This document shows positions 11,635-23,991 of a stretch of DNA of 64,000 nt, piece after piece. The DNA is from Zootoca vivipara (lineage: Eukaryota). The position numbers and the translations under genes are program-made. The notes beneath the pieces were generated by a model. That model did not search any database. It was not told the origin of the DNA and saw only the letters and a list, made by a program, of their open reading frames with translations. How positions within the stretch are numbered: position 1 is the stretch's first letter; each line of letters opens with the position of its first letter. Where the stretch lies: positions 29,078,001 through 29,142,000 of the forward strand of contig NC_083288.1 of the NCBI RefSeq assembly GCF_963506605.1, read 5' to 3'.

Positions 11635-13500
11635 CCATCTGGCCGGGTTCCCCCAGCCACTCTGGGCGGCTTCCAACAAAACATTAAAATACAGAAATCA
11701 AACATTAAAAGCTTCCCTAAACAGGGCTGCCTTGAGATGCCTTCTAAAGGTCTGGTAATTGTTGTTCTCTTTGACCTCTGGTGGGAGGGCATTCCACAGG
11801 GTGGGTGCCACTACCGAGAAGGCCCTCTGCCTGGTTCCCTGTAACTTGGCTTCTCGTAGCGAGGGAACTGCCAGAAGACCCTCGGTGCTGGACCTCAGTG
11901 TCCGGGCAGAACGATGGGGGTGGAGACGCTCCTTCAGGTATACTGGACCGAGGCCGTTTAGGGCTTTAAAGGTCAACACCAACACTTTAAATTGTGCTCG
12001 GAAACGTACTGGGAGCCAATGTAGGTCTTTCAGGACCGGTGTTATGTGGTCTCGGCGGCCGCTCCCAGTCACCAGTCTAGCTGCCGCATTCTGGGTTAGT
12101 TGTAGTCAGGCCCGGCTCGCCCATTGACTCTAGTGCCGCAATGCACCACGGTGCCTGGGCGATCAGGGGGCGCTGAGGGGCGCCCCAGCAGGTGGGGGAG
12201 CTTTGGGGCGGCCTCCCTTTTCCCTCCACCAGCCGCGCCGCGAGAGCAGGGAGGGAAGCAAGCGGAACAGGGGCACTAGGACCCTGTTCCGCTCTGCAGC
12301 GCCAGGGTCATCCCCCACCCTGGCGCTGTGTTTCATTGGTAGAGGTGATGCCACATGTTTGCGGGAAGGAACCCGCCGTGGCCCAGCCTGCCCAGGCACC
12401 CCGCTCCACTGGGAGAAGGGAGGAAGGCCGCGCGGAGCAGCGGCGCCCCTCCCCCACTCAATCCGGCAGCATCGGACAGGCAGGTGGCCTCCGGCACAGC
12501 ACAGCCCTGCTGTGAGGTGCAGGGACCCCGTGAGGCTCCCGCCGCCCGGCACGCCCGGCAAGAGTTTTCATTTTTTTAAGAGTGAGGGGGCGCCCGCCCG
12601 AGGGATCCCTGCACCAGGGCGCCCGGTGACCTTAAGACGGCCCTGGTTGTAGTTTCTGTGTCACCTTCAAAGGTACCAGATGGAGCTGATAAACAGCTGC
12701 CCTGGACACAGAATTGACCTGTGCCTCCATGGATGACTTCCAGAACATGCCCTCAGAAAACTTGGGCTTACCAATAGGACGCCTGGTGCAAACTAATGAC
12801 TTCCTAAAAATCACTGCAACCCCCCCTCCCCACCCAGATGGCCTGGGTTGCTGTGCATAAGAGAAACCTGGTGGACAAGCAGCGGCAAGGTCAGGCCCAT
12901 CTGCTTCATCCAACCAGGTCTCTGTCACACATGCCAGGTCAAATCATCCATCCACAATCAGGTTGTGAATGGCAGTGGTCTTATTCATCATTGACCTGGC
13001 ATTGCACAGGAACACCTTCAGGTCATGTGGGTATTCCTTGCCAATTCCAGTATCCGTCCGGTCAGGACCAGACCCGGAGGCAGGGATAGTCCTCAAACAA
13101 TGACTAAACCTGCCTCCTCGGTAATGACATGGTCTGGTCTTAGCGTAACTCCTCCTCCTACCCGTGACCACTGAGATCGGTTGTCCCAGTGCATCATCCC
13201 CCCCCCCCCCGTGGAATCTGCCCCAGCCATTTTTCTGGCTGTCACCCACCCCTGGGCAGCCCTGACCCCTCCCCTTAAAAACAAAATAAAACCTCTGTGA
13301 AAACAACAGCAAAAAATGGAGCAAAAGAAAACAATAAAACCAAAAACAGCAAAAATTACAAATATACCAAAAATTACAATATACCAAAAATTTAACAAAT
13401 TCCCATACCCAACTAAAAATCCCTCCCACCTACCACCCCAAAGAAAATAAAAAAACATACAAATTCTTTAAAAGGCATTTTAAAAAGAACTCTGTGCTGT
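11635..13500 (-). mobile_element. Internally deleted L2 LINE (5' region and endonuclease start fused to C-terminus and 3' end)
   Basis: APE motifs CNARSMMNKT and VTETWL joined near 12735 to SMEAQV; C-terminal HITPVLKDLHWLPV...RAFSVVAPTLWNALP...FRRHLKAALF; 5' boundary approximate. Confidence 0.85.
12107..12645. mobile_element. GC-rich non-autonomous hAT element inserted in the L2
   Basis: Perfect 8-bp TSD GTTGTAGT (12099-12106, 12646-12653); ends CAGGCCCG / CGGCCCTG. Confidence 0.85.
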
Positions 13501-13809
13501 TTTAAGTTCCCCTGGGCAGCACCAGCAGCAGAGCAGCGGCAGCAGTCCTTATGAGGCCCTCCAGGCCCCGCCCTGGGCCAGGTGGAGAGAGGCAGGGACA
13601 GGGCCTGTGGGCACTCACAGCAGGAGAGTCCTGGGCAGCACCCTGGGCAGCATCCACTATCATGGGAACTGCTGTTCACCATGGCGGCTCCGGGCTGGAA
13701 GATGGCCAATGTAACATTCCAAACTGCAACAAATTGGATGCCTCTGGAGATATTGTTGCCTAATTTGACATGACAGTTCATGAGATAAAGGAGCAGGTTT
13801 TGGCATATA

Positions 13810-15101
13810 CAGTGCTACCTTGGTCTACGATCTTAATTCATTCCTGAAGTCCATTCTTAAACCAAAGCATTCTTAAACCAAGGCCAGGGCCGGTGCGTCC
13901 ATTTAGGCGAACTAGGCAACTCCCTAGAGCGCCAAAATGGAGGGGGCGCTGCTGGCAAGCCTGCGCGCCGCCCGCCACCGCCCATGGACGCGAGTCTCTT
14001 TGCCCGGGGAAGTGCGCTGAGCCTCCGGTCGAGTGGGGATTTGAACCCATATTTCTTGTGCCCTAGTCTGACACCCTAACCACTGTGCAGTACTACACTT
14101 TTCTTCTTGTTGGACTAGATGACCCACAGAGTCCCTTCCAAATCTACAGTTCTATTTAACTCATTTTCCCAGCATACATATACTTGGTGTATTTTTAATC
14201 AAAGCACTAATCAAAGCACTAATCAGGGATAACTTTCTGACAGTAAGAGCTGTTTGACAGTAGAACAGTCTCCCATGAGAGGTGGTGAACTCTCATTCCT
14301 TGGAGGTCTTTAAGCAGAGTTTCGGTAGCCTCCTGCCATGTATGGTATATTTTAGATGAGATTCCTGAATTACAAGGTGTTGGACTAGATGACCCATGGG
14401 TTCCCTTTGAACTCTACAATTCTATGATTCTATGTTTCTTTGCACCCGTAGGTTCAGTTCCTATTAAGTTTTTTCTCTCTCTCTACAGAGTTTTTGCTTT
14501 TAGAGAGAGAAATCTGGTGTACAGCTTTCATAGTAGTTTAAGCACATATTGTTGTAGTCTGGCCAGCTTAGTCACTGTGAATGAGAAATCCAGGGTTTTA
14601 TTAAAAAAGAATGTTGATTTTTCCTGAATGGACAGTCTAGCTTTGGGGAATAGGGCTCAGCTGGGAGAGGTGTGAGAGAGAGGAACAGCCCGTATTTTGG
14701 AGTTAGTCAGTGGGCACATTAGTGGCTTAAAACACCATGAGATTGCTTCCCCCTTGCTGTTGTAAATGGCAGAGGGGATTGGGATGTCTGGCATTTATCT
14801 GTTTGGTTTCCCTACACCTGTATGCACACCCAGCTTCTATTCATGAAGCTGTCATCTGTGATTAGCCGGGGGCGGGGCGCCAGAAGGTGATCTCGCCTAG
14901 GGCGCAAAAAACCCTAGCACCGGCCCTGACCAAGGCGTGCTTTCCCTACTGAGGCCTCCCGCTGCCATTGCCCTTCCATCTTCAGTTTCCGTTCATCTTC
15001 CGAGGCAAAGTTCACTAGCCAGAACACCTACTTCCGTTTTTGCGGAGTTTGTTGCCCGAATAGTTCATTAACAGGACTGTTTGTAGACTGAGGTACCACT
15101 G
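13810..15101. mobile_element. Tc1/mariner-type MITE split by a hAT insertion
   Basis: TA|CAGTGCTACCTTGGTCTAC ... GTAGACTGAGGTACCACTG|TA. Confidence 0.75.
13885..14928. mobile_element. Non-autonomous hAT element (1044 bp) with SINE/CR1-derived internal sequence
   Basis: Perfect 12-bp TIR CAGGGCCGGTGC / GCACCGGCCCTG; perfect 8-bp TSD ACCAAGGC (13877-13884, 14929-14936). Confidence 0.88.
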
Positions 15102-15549
15102 TATTTGGATATTGCAGTTATTCATGTACACAAGAACACTGATAGCACACTTGTTTAATATAATGTGTGAGCACTAAGGTGATGACTTTTTTACAACCTC
15201 ATTTCCCTGTATCAAAATTTGATGAGCTTTCATTAAAGATTTGATAAAAAAACCTCACGCACAAAATGATTTTAACAAAATTATTTAACAGTTTTTTGAC
15301 CATTTTTGAAGTCACTGTAAGCAGATATAAAATTGAACCCAAGCTTTAGAGTCACATATATACAACATTATATAGGGTCATCAAACACACAAGGAAGCTT
15401 TTTTTAGCTGCAGTAACAGTATAGACACCACTAGAGGACGATGTTTTGCTACCTCACCTGTAGGTTCTTTTCCCAGCATGACTGGCAGGGTCTGCTGGCT
15501 GAGTTTTGAGGTCCCAAAAAGGGGCTTTTACCTTGCGCAGGTGTGACAT

Positions 15550-15619
15550 TTGTATACCCTATGTTGCTAAGAACACTCCCCATTGTATACCCTATGTTGC
15601 TAAGAACACTCCCCATTGT
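15550..15619. repeat. 33-bp tandem duplication
   Basis: TTGTATACCCTATGTTGCTAAGAACACTCCCCA twice. Confidence 0.9.
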
Positions 15620-16838
15620 GGAATGTGGTGTTGTGTCCAAATTTGATACGAAATACGTATAGAATTGTTAATACAATTTTATGAAATGGTAAAACGGCAT
15701 ACAAAAAATTAAAAATGGTTTGTGCGTAACCTTTTTAAATATTTCAATGGAATATACCTCATTTTAGTCATTAATAGGCAAAAGTTCACCCATTAATAGG
15801 CAAAAGTTCACCCAGTTTTTAAAATGTTTATCCTTGTGAGGAGCATTTGAACTCCATTTCAGACAGCAAAATGTCTTGGTCCAACACTGATTTCAGCTTG
15901 ACAAAAGTTAAATCTCACTTTACTACTGTTTTGGTGAATAGGTACATTTATTTGTTCACTATCATATCCCACTTTCAAACAGGTTTACACGAACTTAACA
16001 AAAACACACATTATTTAAAAAGTCATTAAACAAATATTACATAAAAGGAATAGAATTATAATTTCAAAAATATAAGCAATAGTGATTTTAAATCAACAAA
16101 AACCCCGAGCATCCTGTTAATTGTAAGAGATGTGTTAAACTAAGTCCAGCAAGAATGTAAATCATTAAAATACAGCACAGCTTTTGAAAAAAACAAACAA
16201 AAAAATTGAATAGCTCCCTTAAAAGGTAACAAAGAAGACCCCATATTTAAACTCATTGCTATTACGATTCACCAATTAAGCACCAATTAAGCAAGCAAGC
16301 AAGCACATAACCAGACAGACTGATGACAGCTGGGTTACAAATATGTCATTCAGGCACAATATTGCATTTTGTTTTATAAAAATAATAATTTTAGAGGCCG
16401 ATAATGCTAATACTAGAACTAGGGTTCACATTATGAATTTTAATGGCAACATACCACTAAATTGTAGTCTTCAAGCAATACATACTTAACTAGTGGAATT
16501 TCACTGCTATATGATGCGGGGATTGCTTCTCAGTTAGGTCACTTTAAATACTTGTGGAAGCTAACAACAAATATTAGCTATATTGGCTAATATTGGCTAA
16601 TTGGCTAATATTAGCTATCTTCAGAGCCTATGAATATCAGTTTCTGCTGTGTACTGGGAAGGTGAGTGGGAGAGACAAGGTCGTGGTGCTTCAGATACAA
16701 TGCTGTGATCAATTCAGCAATCCTGGAAGTGGGGATTTATGAATGAACACATAAGAAAGTGGCATAGATTACAATAGTCTGCCCCTTCTTAGCTTCAAAT
16801 CCCACCGATCCTATCCAGGCATGCCTACCACACATTTA

Positions 16839-17186
16839 AAGGTGAAGGGACCCCTGACCATTAGGTCCAGTCGTGACCGACTCTGGGGTTGCGCGCTCAT
16901 CTCGCATTATTGGCAGAGGGAGCCAGCGTATAGCTTCCAGGTCATGTGTCCAGCATGACTAAGCCGCTTCTGGCAAACCAGAGCAGCACATGGAAACGCC
17001 GTTTACCTTCCCGCTGTAGCGGTACCTATTTATCTACTTGCATTTTGACATGCTTTCGAACTGCTAGGTTGGCAGGAGCTGGGACCAAGCAACGGGAGCT
17101 CACCCCGTCACAGGGATTCGAACCGCCGACCTTCTGATCAGCAAGCCCTAGGCTCAGTGGTTTAACCACAGCGCCACCTGGGTCCC
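16839..17186 (-). mobile_element. Sauria SINE, full length
   Basis: Head GGGACCCAGGTGGCGCTGTGGTTAAACC, B-box GGTTCGAATCC, ACCTTT-type tail; 11-bp TSD CCACACATTTA. Confidence 0.9.
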
Positions 17187-17542
17187 CCACACATTTACTC
17201 AGCAATATATGGATAAACTCTCCTTTTTCATCTAATGCACCTTCACTCCTAATAAACTCATGCACAAACTCATGCACAAACTTCTGGCCCTTCAAGAGTT
17301 GTTTACATCCCCATTCCCATGCTTATGTTCAGTGGCAGTTTAAGCATACAGCTTGAATGCTGGAGAAAAAGTTCAGGTTCCTCACCTTCTACCTGAGTTT
17401 CCAAGAGGCATTGGGCTGGATGACCATTGGCTGGATTGAGAGTGCTAGACTAGATGAAGGCAGAAGATGTCACCAGAAGAGAAGCTAAATGCAAGGCAGT
17501 GGATCCCAACCATAAACACATTTCACTCCATTTATCCTATAT

Positions 17543-17651
17543 CAGGCATCCTCCAGATGTTTTGGCCTACAACTCCCATGAAGACCAGTGGTCAGGGATG
17601 ATGGGATTTGTAGTACAAAACATCTGGAGTACTGAAGTTTGGGGATGCCTG
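17543..17651. mobile_element. Palindromic hAT-type MITE (deleted copy of the 32-167 family)
   Basis: CAGGCATCC...GGATGCCTG; 8-bp TSD TCCTATAT. Confidence 0.8.
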
Positions 17652-17974
17652 TCCTATATAATTCATATCATTCATTTTTTCTCTCCAGATTTCCATTAAG
17701 AAGAAAAAAAGAACCCTTACATATTCCCCATTAGTTGAATGTTCCCTTGGTCTCTTTCCCCCATGAAAGCAAATTGATTCCAGTTCTGTCTTCTTCAACC
17801 TAATCTTATGCCTCAGCTTTGTTTTTGGGTCTCTTTTAGTCTAGCTCCAGCATCAAGGGAAGCATGACATTTTAAAAACAGGGAGCTGCTGTCCTCATTA
17901 GCCCATAAGATGTTTGGTGGATATATTCACATGTACACCATTTTAAACGATAGCTTGTGACACTGTGCACTTTT

Positions 17975-18925
17975 CTAGAGTGGATTCTCATTTTTTTGAA
18001 GAAACTTACACTTTCCAAACTTCTTCAACAGAGCATTTTTGATATCCTTGTTCTTCAAGCTGTAAATGAGAGGGTTTAACATGGGAGTTAAGATGCTATA
18101 CTGCACTGACACTAATTTGTCCAGGTAGGCGAGGGATTCTGAACTTGGCTTCATGTACCGGAAAAAAGCTGCAATGTAAAACAATCCCACCACAATGAGG
18201 TGAGAGCTGCAAGTGGAGAAGGCTTTATGCCTGCTTTCTGCTGAGCGAATCTTCACGATGGTTGAAATAATGTAAACATAAGAGATGAGGGTAAGGAGAA
18301 AGGAGCCAAGACCAAACACCAACACAGTGATAAGAAGAACAATGTAATTTATGAGGGTCTGGGTACAAGCCAAGGCCAAGACTGAAGGAAGCTCACAGCT
18401 GTAATGGTCAATAATATTGTTCCCGCAAAAATGCAAATTCACCAAAGGTGGAACATTCAACACAGCATAGAAGGTACCCATAGCCCAAGAGCCACCCACT
18501 AGTTGTCTGCAGATTTCTTTTTTCATGATTGTGGAATAATGCAGTGGATCACATATAGCAATGTATCGGTCATAAGCCATTGCTGAGAGCATGAATACTT
18601 CAGCACAAGCAACCTGGAAAAAGAAGAAGATCTGTGCAATGCATCCTTCCCAGGAAATCGTTTTCTGCTTTGCTATGATATTTTCCAACATCTTGGGAAC
18701 AGTGACGGATGAATAGCAGATGTCAACAAAAGCTAAATGACTAAGAAAGAAGAACATGGGGGTTTGAAGGCTACGCTCAGTTCTGATCACAAGCATGATT
18801 GCAGAATTTCCTAACAGTGTTACCAAAAAAATTATTAGGAACACCAAGAAGAGAAATACCTGTAGATGTGGATCTCTAGAGAGTCCTGAGAGTATAAACT
18901 CTGTAACTGCAGTTTGATTTTCCAT
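17975..18925 (-). CDS. Olfactory receptor, class II (family 5/8-like; 316 aa)
   Basis: NQT sequon, LQTPMFFFL, MAYDRYIAICDPLHY, KAFSTCSSH, PMLNPLIYSLKN; acceptor AG near 18952. Confidence 0.97.
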   Translation of the reverse strand: MENQTAVTEFILSGLSRDPHLQVFLFLVFLIIFLVTLLGNSAIMLVIRTERSLQTPMFFFLSHLAFVDICYSSVTVPKMLENIIAKQKTISWEGCIAQIFFFFQVACAEVFMLSAMAYDRYIAICDPLHYSTIMKKEICRQLVGGSWAMGTFYAVLNVPPLVNLHFCGNNIIDHYSCELPSVLALACTQTLINYIVLLITVLVFGLGSFLLTLISYVYIISTIVKIRSAESRHKAFSTCSSHLIVVGLFYIAAFFRYMKPSSESLAYLDKLVSVQYSILTPMLNPLIYSLKNKDIKNALLKKFGKCKFLQKNENPL

Positions 18926-19704
18926 CTCAATGAATTGAAAAACTTTAACATCTGTACAAATTAAAAAAAGAAATAGAATTTATTCAATTTGTAGAAAGCT
19001 CTGAAAAATGATAAATAAAAGTATAAATGTAGGGGAAGTATTTTCTGAATTTTTAACCCTACTTACCTGGGAGTAAGCTCCACTGAATTCAATATGATCT
19101 ATTTCTATCTGGACATAGTTATGATTGCTTTGATGCAGCCAAGAACTAGACTGTTGATTCAAGCACTAATTGTGTAGAGATTTCGCTGTATAAAAGGAAA
19201 TTGGATGCACACACTTTTGCAACCACTTCAAGATTCTTTCTTTCTTTTTTAAGGTGGAGGTCAATATGCATGTTAATGTTTAATGTTGGGGGGTGAGGTT
19301 TATTTGACCTGAATTGATGGAAAACCAACTGTATTTTACATACCTGACAGGGAAAAGGGAGACCACTGACCCAATACTGGGCAGAAGGCCATGTAATTCC
19401 AAACTCTAAATTCCAGATAGAATGTTAATTGTGGGAAGGGAGGATTTTTTAAAATGGAGAGAGGTTTTTGTGCATGAAAAGCAAGACTATAAACAGTCAA
19501 ATGATTTCCTAGCACACATTTGGTGGTTGGAAAACTTTGACCTGTTGTACATCTGCTACTATAAAAAAGGAATGTGGAAACTGTACAATCTCAATTTTGA
19601 GACCCACGTTTACTTGGTAAGACCAATAGTGCCATCTCAGTTCTGCTGGCATAGATGAAAAAGATGCATTTTCAGATTTATGGATATGTTGATCATGATT
19701 TTAG

Positions 19705-19872
19705 GTTAGGTACTGGTCCTTTATTGGTCCATCTAGCTCAGTACTGTTTACAGTGACTTTCAATGGCTCTTCAGAATTTCTGGAAAGAATAATTCTAGCC
19801 TGACCTGGAAATACAAGGGATTAACCTGAGACTTTCTGCACGCAAAGCAGATGCTCTGTTGTTGACCTTTTA
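19705..19872 (-). mobile_element. Degraded tRNA-derived SINE (Squam3-like)
   Basis: Similar to 28694-29210; decayed Pol III head on the minus strand. Confidence 0.45.
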
Positions 19873-21157
19873 GCTCTTTAGCTAATATAAGGGACACTGG
19901 TCCTTTCTACTAGAGCAGCCTACATTTTCCATTTTTAAGGGTGAAATTTTGAGGCAAATTTGTAGAATTTTTAAACAGCTGAAACGTTTGGGAGGATTAG
20001 AAAGTACTAAAGAGTTGTCACAGGACTAGCAAATATGTTCGGCTTTTTTGTGAATCTTAGTTATTTACTGTGATTTCGTGTTTCCAAGTGGAATCTTAAG
20101 GAAAATATTCAATAATCCTGCAAATGGATAGCATGTACTTGTTACTGTCTATTTAAGAACGCCCGACACATAAAACCCACTGAATTAAACTATTCATAAA
20201 TATCAGAAAGAGATTGCCACTTACCTGATAGCTAATCCAGATACGCAATAACTGCCACTGTGCCTAGGTTTGCCTGGAGCTGTATCTCAAAGAGATCTCC
20301 ATCCACTTTACAATTACTTTTTAAAAAATGGTTCTTTGAAACAAATCTTGGTGAAATCCCCAAAGAAAATAAAGATCACTCATATTATCATATTGGTCAT
20401 TTAGATCATGGCTGGGGAACTAGCTGCTGGTTTTCAGTTCATGACCTTTGGCCCTGTCATGGGGCTGAATGGGATCTGGAGTCCCAATAGCATCTAGCTG
20501 GTCAAAGTTTTTTTTTGTCTGTGACAGAAAGGGAAAATATTTCAAGGTCCTTGCTGTGCATACTGAAAGGGAATGACTGAAATCAATGCCAACTCTACAA
20601 ATGCCTGGTTTTTTTATGTGCATTGTTCAGTGTCCATTCTGCCTATGTACTGGACAATTTTTTAAGTGAGCGAGGTGATATAGAAAGGGTGAGGATGTGA
20701 TGTCATGTTCATTTTTTTCTGGAATTAATCCCATGAAATTTATCCTGCCAACTGATTTTCTCCAGGGATGCCTTTTTCATTAAATGAAACTGTATTCGTT
20801 CTTCCTTCCAAAAAACAACAACACATTTATTACAGATTTTACAAGTCAGTTGAACATTAAGGTGTAGTAGACTCCTTTAGATATAGAGGTGCCTTACAAT
20901 GAGACAGACCAGGGCCACAGATTCTACTCCATATTGTCAACAACTACAACTTTCAGTCAGGAATGGGCAGAATGAATCTGCTTGGGTTTGTGTCCATTTT
21001 GGTATATGCCTACTGGCAAAGCCCATTCTGCTCCATGTCTACATTGCGGTTTTTAGGAAATAGCTATTGTGAAATCTGCATTTCTTTAACTGTTTCTTTC
21101 TCTCTTTGTGTGTGACTTTCTAAGTGGTTTGAAGGTTGTGGTTTCTCCTTCTCCCTA

Positions 21158-21159
<2 letters not shown>

Positions 21160-21209
<50 letters not shown>
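21160..21209. repeat. (AAT)n microsatellite
   Basis: Direct reading. Confidence 0.95.
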
Positions 21210-21211
<2 letters not shown>

Positions 21212-21718
21212 GTAATAATAACCCCAATTTCAAGCTGTTTGGAGCAACTGAAATGTCAAGTTCATTCAAAATGTATTTAAATCATCACACTTTATTACGA
21301 AACATACTCCCCCCCCCAATATAATTGACAGGAGGTGCCCCTTGCCGAGTCCCATAGAAAGCATTGGCACACATCCAAGAGATATGTGCACGATATAAAG
21401 TGTATTAGCAGAGTCAGCGAAAGCAAAATTGTGTAGGAATTGTGGCATCAAGTATTTTATTATTTACAGCAAAATAAACAAAAGGAACATGACATTTTGT
21501 GTGAGCTCCTTCTCACACATCCTCTCTAGCCCTTAGCTAGACTGAGAGCAAAGAGCAGAAGTTTGTCGGCTTGACTTCTGCTCACACACACAGTGGTAAG
21601 AAATGAAATCACCCGATCACATTACCCTCTGCAATAGTGGCAGTGGAAAATACAAACAATTTAGATTTAGAGGGGCTTCCTTAGTGGGCACAAAGAAGGG
21701 ATTACCCACCATAATGTA

Positions 21719-21944
21719 CAGTGGTACCTCTGGTTAAGAACTTAATTCATTCCGGAGGTCAGTTCTTAACCTGAAACTATTCTTAACCTGAAGCACCACT
21801 TTAGCTAATGGGGCCTCCTGCTGCCACCACACCGCCAGAGCACAATTTCTGTTCTCATCCTGAAGCAAAGTTCTTAACCTAAGGTACTATTTCTGGGTTA
21901 GTGGAGTTTGTAACCTGAAGCGTTTGTAACCCGAGGTACCACTG
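21719..21944 (+). mobile_element. Tc1/mariner-type MITE (~226 bp)
   Basis: TA|CAGTGGTACCTC...GAGGTACCACTG|TA; close copies at 36582 (reverse) and 62819. Confidence 0.88.
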
Positions 21945-22788
21945 TACAACCAGTTCCAGGTCAGTTTTAGATGCCATTTCAATGAGTGTTGTAAACACTG
22001 TGCTTTCTAGCTGCTGCAAGCAGTGAGAAAATGTTCTTAGAAAAAAATTAAAATAAAAGTAGCTCTTGTGTGTATTTTGAGAAACTACTGCTGACTAAAC
22101 CATGCCAAAAGGGCATATGTTGATGACCAGCCATGCAGTAGAAGGAGGACACTAGGGAATGAAGTTGCATAACTATTTTTCAGAGCAGGAGCAATGATGT
22201 TACTGCTGGAGTGCCAAAGATAGGCTCTTCTGACTTTGGCAAGTGAATGAGTTGGCAGACATGCTTACAGATTATTATGCCTATGACATAATAAAACCCT
22301 CTCTCGGAAACCAATTCAAATAAGAAATTCTATAAAATATAGTTCATATTAAAAATCAGCAGTCATAGATCTCCACAGCTGAGAAAAGCTGAACATAACC
22401 CATCAATCATGTAGTGTGGATTGACATGTACTGGGTGATGCGTAATTACCATTGACATATTTGCAATCCCAATCAGCCAGACCAATGAGGAGACCCTACT
22501 AAACTGAATCTGGTTGAGGGGCTTCACTTTACCTGGTGGAATACAAACCTTGTGGACCTTTTCCATGAGATTGCTTATTTGCTTTACAGATGCATTGAGA
22601 AAAGCTAGAGAGAACTGGGCATGTGTGTGTCTAAAATTTGCAATGTTTGTGGAGTGTAATGGAAGGGGAAATGACTGACAACCAGGTGAATCAACTGGTT
22701 TATGAGATAAAAGATTGGGGTCATACAACCCATGGGACACTATCTTCTCATTACACACCATTCTGTTGTTTTGAATCAGGAATGAATA

Positions 22789-23712
22789 TCAAGATTTCAG
22801 TCTCAATATCCTCCTAAGCGCCACTTTCACCTCCTTGTTCTGCAAGCTGTAGATGATGGGATTTAATAAAGGGGTAAGGATGCTGTATTCTATGGACAAT
22901 ATTACATCCAAAAGTACTGACGAAGCTGAGCTTGGCCTCAGATATCGGAAGTAACCTGTTCCATAGAAGAGACTGACTACAGTGAGGTGGGAGCTGCAGG
23001 TAGAGAAAGCTTTACGTCTCCCTTCAGATGAATTTATCCTCAATATGGTGGAGATGATATGAATGTAAGACAGCACAGTGAGGAACAGGGATACAAGCCC
23101 AACTATGCTCCCAGAAATAAAGAACAGAGTTTTATTCAAGAAGGTTTCATTGCAGGAGAGAGAAAGGATGGAAGGGAGCTCACAACTGAAATGATTTATG
23201 ATATTTGAGCCACAGAAATGTAGCCTTAACAGTGGCAATGTGTTTGCAAGTGCGTAAACAAAACCAATAATCCATGCACTGGTCACTAGCTTTCGGCAGA
23301 ATGCCACATTCATGATTTCCACATAATGCAGTGGTTTACATATAGCACAGTATCTGTCATAAGCCATTGATGAGAGGATAAAGACTTCAGCGGTAGCCGA
23401 AAACAAAATAAAGAATGCCTGAGTGAAGCATCCACCAACAGAGATGGTCTTCTGCTTGGCAATGATGATCTCCAACATCTTTGGAACAGTGACAGTTGAA
23501 TAGCACACATCAAGGAAAGAGAGGTAACTCAAGAAGAAGTACATAGGACTCTGAAGATGTGGACTGGTCTTTACAAGCAGCATGATTATTACGTTCCCCA
23601 ACAGAGTTAGCAGATAAATCAACAAGAAAAGGAAAAATAAGAAAATCTGGAGCTGCCGGTTGTTGGAGAGGCCAAGAAGAGAAAAATAGTATTCAGTGGT
23701 TTGGTTTCCCAT
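22789..23712 (-). CDS. Olfactory receptor, class II (family 5/8-like; 307 aa)
   Basis: NQT sequon, LQSPMYFFL, MAYDRYCAICKPLHY, KAFSTCSSH, PLLNPIIYSLQN. Confidence 0.97.
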   Translation of the reverse strand: MGNQTTEYYFSLLGLSNNRQLQIFLFFLFLLIYLLTLLGNVIIMLLVKTSPHLQSPMYFFLSYLSFLDVCYSTVTVPKMLEIIIAKQKTISVGGCFTQAFFILFSATAEVFILSSMAYDRYCAICKPLHYVEIMNVAFCRKLVTSAWIIGFVYALANTLPLLRLHFCGSNIINHFSCELPSILSLSCNETFLNKTLFFISGSIVGLVSLFLTVLSYIHIISTILRINSSEGRRKAFSTCSSHLTVVSLFYGTGYFRYLRPSSASSVLLDVILSIEYSILTPLLNPIIYSLQNKEVKVALRRILRLKS

Positions 23713-23991
23713 TGACAGTTATCTGAAAGATGCACATCTAAAAAAATGACCAAAGGTTTTTTTTTTTATAAAGAAACAAAAATCAACACCTCAAGAGAAA
23801 AATAATTATGATTTATCTGGACTGGGGTTATGCTTGAATGTAATCTTGCAACTGATGTCTAAAGTAACAAGACTATAAGGTTTTCTGTATAAAAAATAAT
23901 AGTAATATATTTGCTACAAAGCTTAACTTCAGCGACTGTTGTAGAGTGATTATGGAAGTTTCTGAAAACGCAAAATACTGAAGGTATTCAA

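Noticed and set aside
12107-12645. CpG-island-like region with overlapping ORFs
   Set aside because: Bounded by TIRs and an 8-bp TSD inside an L2, so it is transposon sequence and not a gene promoter
22363-22761. 132-aa ORF just downstream of an OR
   Set aside because: No recognisable motif; probably 3' UTR sequence open by chance
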